Shown here one piece after another: positions 18,980 to 28,649 of a stretch of 64,000 nucleotides of DNA. The position numbers and the translations under genes were made by a program. How positions within the stretch are numbered: position 1 is the stretch's first letter; the number at the start of each line of letters is the position of its first letter. The DNA is from Polyangiales bacterium (GTDB taxonomy: Bacteria > Myxococcota_A > Polyangia > Polyangiales > Ga0077539). The notes below the pieces were generated by a model that worked only from the letters and a program-made list of their open reading frames with translations, did not search any database and was not told the DNA's origin. The stretch spans positions 288,001 to 352,000 of the forward strand of contig JBGARZ010000006.1 in the NCBI GenBank assembly GCA_044229975.1, in the 5' to 3' direction.

Positions 18980-21900
18980 TCACTGCGCGCCCGGCGTCGC
19001 CGCCGCTGCCCCGCCCTGACCCTGCTCGGCCGGCTCTTCCTCGCCCTCGGCGGACGTCTGGAGCTGGTACACCGGGCGGCTGTTGGTCGCCCGCGAGAAC
19101 ACCAGGTTCGGCTCCACGCGCACCTCGTCGGCGAGCGGGAAGCGCACGCGGTCGATCTCGTAGAGCTCACGCTCGCAGAGCTGCGACCACTCGTTGAACC
19201 AGTGCACCTGCGTCGCCGTCCGGATGCAGCGCTGGAAGCCCTCGCTCGCCGTGTTCATGAACGGCTGCGTGCGCTGGTCGAGCACCAGTCGGTACGCGTC
19301 GAGGAGCTCGTCGTTGCGCTGGATGTCGGGCGGAATCGGCGCGTTACGGATCGTCTGCGCGAACTGGTAGTACATGTCCGCGAGGCGCGAGACCGCCGCG
19401 ATCTCCCAGTTGGGCACGTGCATGTTCACCACCTCGACGTACTTGGCCGTGGCCGAGTCGAGGAGGCCCTGGCGCGTGCGGATGTACGGGGTGAGCGAGC
19501 GCTCGACCCACGCGTCGAACGCGCGGCGGTTGGTGCCCGGGTTGCGCGGGAAGCGCTCGTTCTGGAAGCGCTGGTAGAGCACCTCGGCGAGGTAGAAGCG
19601 CGCCTCCGCGACGGAGTCCTTGCTGCGCTCGATGGCATCGCCAGCCTCGTCGCCGAGCTGCTGACGGATGGTCGCCTGGCCCGGCGAGGTCATCGCCGCG
19701 CCTTCGCCCGTCGACGGCCCCCAGGCGTCGACGGCCTGCTGGTAGTAGGCGGTCGCCTGACGGACGTTGTCGGTGTTCCAGTAGCCGCGCGCGAGGGCGA
19801 CGGCCCCCTGGATCTTCTGGTCGAGCGTGCCCTGCGCCGCGTAGGTGCGCATGAAGCCCTCGTAGTGGCGGACGAGGTCGTTCCACGCCTGGCGGATCTG
19901 CTGGTCGCGGGCGCGGCGCTCGTCCGTGCTCGTCGTCGCCGTGCGGCGCAGGCGCGCCACGCGGTCGGTGTAGATCTGCCCGATGGAGAACACCACGTTG
20001 GCGGCCACGCGGCGTCGCGCGGCGTCGTTGCCGAAGTAGCGCGCGAACTTCTGCGCGTTCTGGAGCGCGTGGTCTTCCTCGCCGAGGCCGATGCGGAAGA
20101 GCGTCGCCTGGCGGAGCGCGTCGGCGGCCTGCTGGACCGGGTCTTCGACCGGCGCGTTGGGGAGCAGCCGACGAGCCGCCTCGGCAGCCGCGACGGCGGC
20201 CTGGCGGTTGTTGTTCACGTACTCGGCGTACTGCTCGTAGAGGTCGGCCGCGCGGCCGAACACCTGGATCGCGTGGTTGTTGCCCGCGAGGCGGTAGAGC
20301 GCGCGCTGGGCCCACGGGCTGTTGCGCGGCAGGAAGATCTGCACGAGGCGCTCACGAACGCGCATCGCGCGGCCGAGGAGGAAGGCCGCGTCGTACTCGA
20401 TCGCGGCGTTGTAGAGCATCTCGTCGAGGCGGCCGCACTCGCGGTGCGTGCGGACGATCTGCACGTACTCGCGGGCCGACTCGGCGAAGCGGCCGGTGCC
20501 GTGGAGCGACTCCGCCTTCTTGCGGAGCACCTGGCACTGCAGCTCCTCCACGCGGCGGCAGAAGTCTTCGTGCTGCGGGCGCAGCGCGGCGGTGCAGAAG
20601 CGGGTCATCAGCTCCGGCAGCTCCTGCGCCATCGCGTCGTAGCAGGCGGGGCGCTGCGGGTTCCACATGTCGCCCATGACGTTGAGCGAGTCGAGGAAGA
20701 GGTCGGCCGAGATCTCGCGGAGGTTCTCCGGGTCGGGCACCGCGGCGTCGGAGTGCGCGATGTCCTTGAAGAGCGTCGCCGCCTCCTCGAAGTGGTTCGC
20801 CACGTAGTACACGTACGCGCGGCGGTACTTGATCGTCAGCATGATGGTGCGCGGGTCTTCCCCTTCGGGCCCACGCTGGGTGTTCTCGCCCACGAAGCAC
20901 GTGTAGCGGGTGAACGCCCGGAGCATGCCGGTCTCGCGCGGGTTGAGGTCGCGCGGCACCACACGGACGCGGTCGGCCGTGCGCCGCTGCGCGTCGGTCT
21001 GGCGCACGTTGGCGCCGGCGCCGTTCTGCCGACCCTGGTTACGCGCGGTCGCGTTGGTGTTGGTCGTGGTGAACGAGTCGTTGTAGCAAAGCACCGCCTT
21101 GTACGCGGCGTCTTCGGTGTACTCGCCGCCGGGGTTCATCTCGACGACGGCGTCGTAGGCGGGGCCGCAGCGCTCGTTGTCGCCCATGTCGCGGAGGATG
21201 TCGGCGCGGTAGTACGCGACGCGGTAGCGCGTCGGCCAGTCGCGGCGGTCGTACTCCTGGAACTCGACCTGATCGAACTCGGGGAACTCATCCAGGATCT
21301 TCTGGTAGAGGTCCGCCGTCATGCGCATCGTCTCGGGGTTGCGCGTGCCGCGGGTCTGCTGGGCGCCCTCGGCGCTGCGACCCACGGACTCCAGGTGCCA
21401 GTGCGAGGCGACGTCGAAGGTGACGCGCGCGGCCTGGTTGCGGCACTCGTTCTTGGCTTCGGTCGAGCGGCTGCTCTGACGGAAGGTGTTGTAGACGTCG
21501 ACGAGGCGGTTGACCTCGACGAGCTGCTCGGCCTTCGGGCGCGACGCGACGATGGCGCGGGCGACCTGCGCCTGCCAGAAGCAGAAGCGGTCGGAGTTGG
21601 CGCGGCGCTCCATGAGCGCGTGGTACGAGGCCACGGCGTTGGGCCACTGGCCGGCGTCCTGGTAGAGCTCGGCGAGCTTCTCGAACATCGAGTACGCGTT
21701 GTCCTCGTCCGCGGCGTAGCGCTGGAACGTGGTGAACGCGTTGGCGACGTTGAGCGGCCGCGCGGCGGTGCCGTAGACGGCGCCGTACACGGTCACGAGC
21801 TCCATGCGCGCGTTGCGGAGCAGCGAGGTGACCGAGCCCGCGTTGGGGTGCGCGCGGCCGTAGTCGATGACCTCATAGAACTTGTTGAGCGACCCCTCGA

Positions 21901-22861
21901 AGTCCTGCAGGTTGTAGAGGACCCACGCCATCTTGTAGAGGGCGTAGCCGTAGACCTGGTTCTCCTCGGACTGCACCGAGAGCACGCGCTCGTAGAACTG
22001 ACGCGCGTTCTCCATCTCGCCCTGCTCGAAGAAGTATTCGGCGAAGGAGAGGTAGGCGTTGGGGACGAACGGCGACTGCGGAAACCGCTGGATGAGCGTG
22101 CGGTAGACCGTGCGCGCGTTGTTGAAGTCGTTGCCGTCCTGGTACGCGAAGGCGAGGTAGAACAGCGCGCGGTCCATCTGCGCGTAGTTGGGGTGCGCGT
22201 CGACGAGGTTGCGGAAGGCCGCGATGAGCTGCTCGCGGTACTGCCGGGCCTCGGTGCGCGACGCCGTCTGCCGCGCCGTGATGGCGGCGACCTGCGCGTC
22301 GTTGTGCGCCTGACGTGCCTGGAAGAGATCGTCTTCCAGATCTTCCGCGGCGCCGTTGGCGATGGTGCCGAGCTCCTGATAGTCCTCGGCGAGGCGCATC
22401 AGGGTGTCGGGGCGGTGCGCGTCGGTCACGCTCATGCGCTGCACGAGCGTCGCCGTCAGACGGGCCTCGTTGACGAGCAGGTCGCGGGCGCGCAGCGCCA
22501 CGTCGCGACGGCGCATGATCATGTTGCGGTCGAGGGCCTGACCCGGCGCACGTCGCTCCGCCGCGTGGGCGGGGCGCTCGGTCGCGCGCGCCGCCGCGGG
22601 GGGCGCGGTGTCACGGTGCGAGCCGTAGCGCTGCGACCCGGCGGGGCACTCCAGCGCGCGAGCCCTCGCCTCGGGCGCGATGCAGACGTCCGCCGCCACG
22701 GTCGGAACCGTGGGGATGGGCGTCGCGTCCGTCGTCGCCGCTGCCTGAGTAGTCGCAGGAGCGTTGCCACGGCGAGGCTGCTGCCCGAAGGCCAGCGAAC
22801 CCACCATGGTCAACGTTGCCGCGAGGACCACCGCCACGCTTCGTTGCCTCACCCGAACCAT
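18980..22861 (-). CDS. gltD: GltD/AgmU periplasmic TPR protein (~1293 aa)
   Basis: GGAGA RBS before ATG 22861 (the ORF track over-extends to 23776); signal peptide; FYLAFAY...YRTLIQRFPQSPFVPNAYLSFAEYFF...YALYKMAW TPRs; C-terminal WFNEWSQLCE...RFP motif of AgmU. Confidence 0.85.
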   Translation of the reverse strand: MVRVRQRSVAVVLAATLTMVGSLAFGQQPRRGNAPATTQAAATTDATPIPTVPTVAADVCIAPEARARALECPAGSQRYGSHRDTAPPAAARATERPAHAAERRAPGQALDRNMIMRRRDVALRARDLLVNEARLTATLVQRMSVTDAHRPDTLMRLAEDYQELGTIANGAAEDLEDDLFQARQAHNDAQVAAITARQTASRTEARQYREQLIAAFRNLVDAHPNYAQMDRALFYLAFAYQDGNDFNNARTVYRTLIQRFPQSPFVPNAYLSFAEYFFEQGEMENARQFYERVLSVQSEENQVYGYALYKMAWVLYNLQDFEGSLNKFYEVIDYGRAHPNAGSVTSLLRNARMELVTVYGAVYGTAARPLNVANAFTTFQRYAADEDNAYSMFEKLAELYQDAGQWPNAVASYHALMERRANSDRFCFWQAQVARAIVASRPKAEQLVEVNRLVDVYNTFRQSSRSTEAKNECRNQAARVTFDVASHWHLESVGRSAEGAQQTRGTRNPETMRMTADLYQKILDEFPEFDQVEFQEYDRRDWPTRYRVAYYRADILRDMGDNERCGPAYDAVVEMNPGGEYTEDAAYKAVLCYNDSFTTTNTNATARNQGRQNGAGANVRQTDAQRRTADRVRVVPRDLNPRETGMLRAFTRYTCFVGENTQRGPEGEDPRTIMLTIKYRRAYVYYVANHFEEAATLFKDIAHSDAAVPDPENLREISADLFLDSLNVMGDMWNPQRPACYDAMAQELPELMTRFCTAALRPQHEDFCRRVEELQCQVLRKKAESLHGTGRFAESAREYVQIVRTHRECGRLDEMLYNAAIEYDAAFLLGRAMRVRERLVQIFLPRNSPWAQRALYRLAGNNHAIQVFGRAADLYEQYAEYVNNNRQAAVAAAEAARRLLPNAPVEDPVQQAADALRQATLFRIGLGEEDHALQNAQKFARYFGNDAARRRVAANVVFSIGQIYTDRVARLRRTATTSTDERRARDQQIRQAWNDLVRHYEGFMRTYAAQGTLDQKIQGAVALARGYWNTDNVRQATAYYQQAVDAWGPSTGEGAAMTSPGQATIRQQLGDEAGDAIERSKDSVAEARFYLAEVLYQRFQNERFPRNPGTNRRAFDAWVERSLTPYIRTRQGLLDSATAKYVEVVNMHVPNWEIAAVSRLADMYYQFAQTIRNAPIPPDIQRNDELLDAYRLVLDQRTQPFMNTASEGFQRCIRTATQVHWFNEWSQLCERELYEIDRVRFPLADEVRVEPNLVFSRATNSRPVYQLQTSAEGEEEPAEQGQGGAAAATPGAQ

Positions 22862-22911
22862 TGTCGTCTCCGTTGGGGAATCTGTGTGAAGGAGGGGGAA
22901 CGCGTGCGCGG

Positions 22912-24555
22912 TCAGCGACCGCAGCGCGATGCGACCTGCTGGCGGTAGAAGCCCAGCTCGTCGCGCCAGAACTCGCCGTTGAACGGCCAGAGGTTGTGCT
23001 CCTCGTCGGCGGTCACGCGGTTGGCGCGAGCGACGTCGACGGTCACCTGCTGCTGCTGCATCTCCTGCGAGAGCTGGCCGCGGCGGGCGTTGAGGATTTC
23101 GATGAGGATCGCGGTCGCCTGGTTCTGGAGGTCGCCGAGCTCTTCCACGGCGCGCGTGTAGCGGCCGCGGGCGAGGGTGCCGGCGTTCTCGATGGCGAAG
23201 CTCTTCGCGACGGAGATGTCCTGGATGATGCGCGCACCGACGGAGCTGTTGCGGAAGGCCGCGGGCATGCCGTTGTGACGACGCTCTTCGCTCTCGAGCT
23301 GCGCGACGTACTCCAGGTTGCGGAGCAGCGTGCGATCGCTGAACGCGGTCTCGACCACCGGGCGCAGACGGTTCGGCAGGTTGGCGTGACCCTCGCGCAC
23401 GTTCTTGAGGAACTGGAAGAAGCTCGGGTCGTCCTGGTACTGCTGGAGGTAGCGCTCGATCTCGGGGCGCAGGTCGCCGAAGCGCTCGTTGAACTGCGCG
23501 ACCACCTCCTCGGCCTCGTCGTAGCGGCAGTTGGAGAAGAGGATCACGCTCTTCAGCACCATCGCCTCGGGGTACCAGCCGTTGGAGAAGTACGGCGAGA
23601 ACAGCGTGTGGATGTTGCCGAGCGCGCGGGGGTAGTCCTGCTGGAGGAAGTACGCCCAGCTCTCCTCGAAGAGCGCGTCGAGCCAGTACTCGGAGTCGAC
23701 GTCCACGTGGTTCCACGCTTCGATGGCCGACTCGAAGTGGCGCGTCGAGTAGTAGAGGCGCGCGAGCTCGAGCCACGCGAGGTCGCTCATGCGGTCTTCG
23801 TCCTCGACGCCTTCGACACCCTCGTCGAGCGCGTGGAGCACCTCGTTGAAGGCTTCCACACCGGGCTGCGAGCGGCGCGCGTTGACGTGCGAGATGCCCT
23901 CGAAGAACTTCGCCTGCACGTAGTACGGCGACTGGCGCTGCACCTGGCGGAAGAGCGCGATGGCCTCGTCGTAGGCGCCGTCGCGGTACTTGCTCCGGCC
24001 CATGAGGTAGAGGAGCTGGTTGTACAGCCCGCGGCTCTCGTTGTTGTTGAACTGCTGGAGCGCCGTGGTCGGGTAACGACCGACGCGCCGGACGATGTCA
24101 GCGGGCTCGGGAAGCTGCGACGCGAGCTGCGCGAGCCACTGGAGCGTGGCGTTGAAGTAGAGGTGCGACGGACCACGCTCGACGATCTCGTCGAACACCG
24201 CGAGCGCCGACTGGTAGAAGCCCAGGTGGTAGAGGCTCTTGCCCAGGTGGAACTGCGCCTTCTGCTGGTTGGCCGGCGCGTCCTGCGTCTCGCCTTCGAC
24301 GACGCGCTGAAACTGCACCGAGGCTTCCTGGTAGCGCTCCTGCTGGTAGAGGCGCAGGGCGTTGGCGAGCGCCTCGCTGGGCGGGCCTTCGGCGGGCGGC
24401 GCGTCGGCGCTGTTGGTGAAGTCCATGCTGCCCTGAGCGGCCGGTGCCGGCTGACCGGCGGCGCGCGGCTGCGCCCACGCCGAACCCGCCAGACCCACGA
24501 CCATCGCGGCCGTCCCAGCACCCGTGAGCCACTTAGAGAATCGCCTGCGCACCAT
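22912..24555 (-). CDS. gltC: GltC TPR gliding-motility protein
   Basis: Signal peptide; AQFHLGKSLYHLGFYQSA; ALFEESWAYF...ALGNIHTL.SPYF; C-terminal WPFNGEFWRDELGFYR..V.SRC signature. Start at ATG 24555, preceded by GAGG. Confidence 0.85.
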   Translation of the reverse strand: MVRRRFSKWLTGAGTAAMVVGLAGSAWAQPRAAGQPAPAAQGSMDFTNSADAPPAEGPPSEALANALRLYQQERYQEASVQFQRVVEGETQDAPANQQKAQFHLGKSLYHLGFYQSALAVFDEIVERGPSHLYFNATLQWLAQLASQLPEPADIVRRVGRYPTTALQQFNNNESRGLYNQLLYLMGRSKYRDGAYDEAIALFRQVQRQSPYYVQAKFFEGISHVNARRSQPGVEAFNEVLHALDEGVEGVEDEDRMSDLAWLELARLYYSTRHFESAIEAWNHVDVDSEYWLDALFEESWAYFLQQDYPRALGNIHTLFSPYFSNGWYPEAMVLKSVILFSNCRYDEAEEVVAQFNERFGDLRPEIERYLQQYQDDPSFFQFLKNVREGHANLPNRLRPVVETAFSDRTLLRNLEYVAQLESEERRHNGMPAAFRNSSVGARIIQDISVAKSFAIENAGTLARGRYTRAVEELGDLQNQATAILIEILNARRGQLSQEMQQQQVTVDVARANRVTADEEHNLWPFNGEFWRDELGFYRQQVASRCGR

Positions 24556-24858
24556 CGTTGCCTCGCCTCGCTTCACGTCGCACGTCATCGCATCGACGAC
24601 CACCCGGTCGCCGTCGAGGGGGCGGACTCTACTCAATCACTTCGTGCAAGAGAAGCCGCTTCCCAAACAACGGGCGGAGGACGGTGCGTGTGACTCCGAG
24701 GGGGCCAATGGGACGACGGCGGGGCAGAGGGTCGACCGGGGGTGTTGTGATCGGTGGAGCGCACGCCGCGGGGGGATATAAGGTCTTGACGGGGTTCTTC
24801 GCGCGACGGTAGCGTCCGCTCCGCTCGCCGCTGCGGGCGCGAGGAGATCGGCAATCCC

Positions 24859-25308
24859 GTGAAGAGACTGGCATCGTTGGTGGGCATTGTGGTGATCGGT
24901 CTCCTCGGCGCGACCGGCTGCGCCACCGAGACCGTGGGTGACCCCTGCGCGCCGGGTCGCCCCGGCAACCAGCCGTGTAGCCCCGGCCGCGCGGACGGCG
25001 GCGCCGGGTGCTTCCTCGGCACCGAGATCTACATCGAGACGCAGTCGCTGGAGTGCCGCTCCCGCATCTGCCTCGTGTACCGCTACAACGAGAGCACCGA
25101 CACCAACGGCGCCGAGCGCCCGAAGCACGTGTACTGCACGTGCCGGTGTGGTGTTCCGCCGTCCCTCGCGTCGACCACCGAGGCCTCGGTGCTCTGCCAG
25201 TGCCCCGACAGCTACTCCTGCATCTCCATCGCGGGCGAGCAGTACAACGAGGGCGTCCGCGGTTCGTACTGCGTGCGTACCAGCACCGTCCCCGCCGCCA
25301 CCCGCTAA
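24859..25308 (+). CDS. cglC: Cys-rich lipoprotein, CglC/GltK (AgmO)-like
   Basis: Lipobox LGATGC; C...VGDPC, ECRSRICL, YCTCRC, CPDSYSC, YCV cysteine pattern; divergent from gltC. Identity rests on this pattern and the gene context. Confidence 0.5.
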   Translation: MKRLASLVGIVVIGLLGATGCATETVGDPCAPGRPGNQPCSPGRADGGAGCFLGTEIYIETQSLECRSRICLVYRYNESTDTNGAERPKHVYCTCRCGVPPSLASTTEASVLCQCPDSYSCISIAGEQYNEGVRGSYCVRTSTVPAATR

Positions 25309-25317
25309 GCGCTCCGC

Positions 25318-25680
25318 TTGAAGGCCGCGGGCAGCACCACCGCCCGCGGTCGCGCCGCCGAACAACTCGTCGCCGATCACCTCACCCGCCAGGGGTTCAT
25401 CCTCCTCGCGCAAGACCTCCGCGTCGGGCGCGAAGAGGTCGATCTGCTCGCGTGGGAGGGCGCGACGCTCGTCGTCATCGAGGTTCGCTCGCGACGCGCG
25501 GGCGCGATGGTCGACGCGCTCACCAGCGTGTCGCGCGCCAAACAACGTCGGCTGCGCACCGCCCTCGCTCGCTGCATGGTCGACCGCGGCGCGCGCGACG
25601 GTCGCATCGACGTGGCCGCGGTGGTCGACGGCGTGCTGGTGGAGTACCTCGCCGGCGCGGTGGATTTCAGCGAGACGTGA
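25318..25680 (+). CDS. yraN: YraN (UPF0102) family putative endonuclease
   Basis: GRAAE...L..QGF.LL, EVDLLA, VIEVRSR, KQRRL and RIDVAAV motifs. Confidence 0.88.
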   Translation: MKAAGSTTARGRAAEQLVADHLTRQGFILLAQDLRVGREEVDLLAWEGATLVVIEVRSRRAGAMVDALTSVSRAKQRRLRTALARCMVDRGARDGRIDVAAVVDGVLVEYLAGAVDFSET

Positions 25681-25683
25681 GGG

Positions 25684-26412
25684 TCAACGGCAGCGGCCGC
25701 TGGCGATGTTGCACCGCTGGCCCGCCGGGCAGGCGACGAGGAGCGAGCAGGGGACGCAGCCGCCGGTGACCCGGTTGCACGTCGCGCCGTTGGTGCAGAG
25801 CGCGGGGTTGGTCACGCAGCTTCCGCAGGTGTGCGTCATGGGGTTGCACTGCGTCGTGCCGCAGATGGAAGGCACCACCGTGCAGTCGGGGATGCACACG
25901 CCGTCGTTGGAGACGCGGCCCTCCGGGTCGGGGATGCACACATACGAACCCGCAGCCGCAGCGCCCACCTCGGACGGCGCCGCGCGGCACGGCGTGACCG
26001 CTCCTTCGCGGTAGGTGCAGCGTCGCACGCACGCCATGCGCGTCGGCGGAAACGGGAGCGTGATGCACGCGCCGAACTCCCCGCATGGGGCGTTGGAGGT
26101 GCACGCGAGCGTGGTGGTGTACCCGCCCGGAAACGTGGGGCCCGGGGCGCAGCACGCGCCGCTCGCCGCGCCGTCGGTGCAGAGGTTGGTGCTGCACGGA
26201 GCGCCCACCGTCGGGGTCGAGACGGCGGGGCACGTCGACGTGGAGCTGTCCGCCGGGCAGCAGCGATCGAGGCGGCACTCGAAGCCGCTGGGACAGAGGC
26301 CGAGCCCGCTGTCGTCGGCGGCGCCGCAGCGAATGACTCCCGTGCGATCGAGCTCGGGCACCGCGCAGCTCACGAGCATCGCGGCGATGAAGGTGTAGCG
26401 ACGGGCGCTCAC
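25684..26412 (-). CDS. Cys-rich lipoprotein of unknown function
   Basis: GTG start overlaps the stop of the upstream gene (GTGA at 26409-26412); lipobox MLVSC; more than 30 Cys in short EGF/dickkopf-like units. Confidence 0.7.
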   Translation of the reverse strand: MSARRYTFIAAMLVSCAVPELDRTGVIRCGAADDSGLGLCPSGFECRLDRCCPADSSTSTCPAVSTPTVGAPCSTNLCTDGAASGACCAPGPTFPGGYTTTLACTSNAPCGEFGACITLPFPPTRMACVRRCTYREGAVTPCRAAPSEVGAAAAGSYVCIPDPEGRVSNDGVCIPDCTVVPSICGTTQCNPMTHTCGSCVTNPALCTNGATCNRVTGGCVPCSLLVACPAGQRCNIASGRCR

Positions 26413-27196
26413 AGCGTTCCTCCGAGGCTGAGGCCCAACCCGTACGGCGCCACGCTGATGCGCGGAGCATCGCGCACCTCCACGCGCTGGCCAGGGCCGC
26501 GCAGCGCGAGCCACAGTGCGCCGCCCGCCGCGAGCCCGACGCCGAGCCCGCCGAGGATGTACGCCCGCGTGATGCCGCCCTGCGCGTCGCGCTGCGCCTC
26601 GGCTGCGGCCTGGCTCCACGCCTGCGTGCCGTTGTTGACGTCACGAAGGGTCGACACGTCGCCGTTGGCCACGACGGCCTGCACCACGCCCGCGACGCCG
26701 AGCCCGACGCCGAGCCCGAGCGTGATCCACGGGCCCACCGTGGAGATCGTGCTGCGGCGGTACTCCACGCGAAACCACCGCGGCTCGATGACCGAGCGCT
26801 CGACCGTTCGCTCCCGAACGATCACCTCCTGCGCCTGACCTGCGCGGCGCGCCTCGTCTTCGCGCGTGCGCTGCTGCTCGGCGAGCGGTCGGAGCTGCCC
26901 GAGCATCTGGTCGAGCGCGGCGCGGTCGAAGCCCGGCGCGCCGGCGCTGGCGAAGTCCTGGAGCGATTGCAGCGCGCCGACGTAGTCGCCCTGGCGTTCG
27001 AGGGCGCGCGAGAGGTTGAAGAGCAGCTCGGGGCGGTGCGAGATGGCGTGCGCCTCGCGGAAGGCGCGGGCGGCCTCGTCGTAGCGTCCCGCCGTGAAGG
27101 CGCGCGTGCCGTTGTCGGAGTAGGTCTGCGCGAGGGAGGTCTGCGCGGCGGCGGTGGCCGACGCGAGCAGTGTCGCGAGGGCGATCGCCGCGGCTC

Positions 27197-27200
<4 letters not shown>
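26409..27200 (-). CDS. Secreted TPR protein with hydrophobic C-terminal region (myxobacterial TPR/PEGA-type)
   Basis: GTG start overlaps the glyQ stop; signal peptide ...[20 protein letters not shown]...[15 protein letters not shown]; two hydrophobic helices and a terminal beta-strand [10 protein letters not shown]. Confidence 0.7.
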
Positions 27201-28144
<944 letters not shown>

Positions 28145-28197
28145 CGCGCGGACGGAGGTACCGCAGTCGGCCCCCGCGGATCAATGACCGCGCGTGC

Positions 28198-28482
28198 CTA
28201 CTGCGCGACCACCGACGCGCTCGCGCTCACCGACGCGCCCGGCGCGCCGACCGCGACGCCGACGCTGCCGTTGGGGTTCACCGTCGCAGTGGCCGTCGCG
28301 GGCTGGCCGTTGACGGTGACGCTGCTGGAGACGCCGGAGGTCGTCATCACGCCGCCGGTGCTGGCGACCACGGCGTGGGCAGGAGCGACCGTCGCGAAGG
28401 TGCCGGGCGCGATGCCCGCGCGGAGGAAGCAGCCCGTCGAAGCGAACATCGAGAGGACGGTGACGAGGATGAGCTTGCGCAT
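28198..28482 (-). CDS. Small lipoprotein (94 aa), Val/Ala/Thr/Gly-rich
   Basis: GGGAG RBS; MRKLILVTVLSMFASTGC lipobox. Confidence 0.6.
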   Translation of the reverse strand: MRKLILVTVLSMFASTGCFLRAGIAPGTFATVAPAHAVVASTGGVMTTSGVSSSVTVNGQPATATATVNPNGSVGVAVGAPGASVSASASVVAQ

Positions 28483-28649
28483 GGTGGTGACTCCCGGTTG
28501 ATGAAGCGACGCGATCGGCGCCGCTGCATCGACTCTGAGCAACCGCGATACCATGCACGAAATGCCGGGAATCGAAGGGGATTGGCGATGTGGTCGTCGC
28601 CGATCGACGCGGCCACGCCCCGCTGCGTAGCGCGGGCGCCACGCTCACT

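Noticed and set aside
22862..23776. N-terminal extension of the 1598-aa ORF (gltD) overlapping gltC
   Set aside because: Off-frame read-through of gltC sequence; the RBS and signal peptide place the real start at 22861. The ORF track similarly over-extends ALDH, the caspase, the ferredoxin, DinB and the 26409 and 35923 genes.
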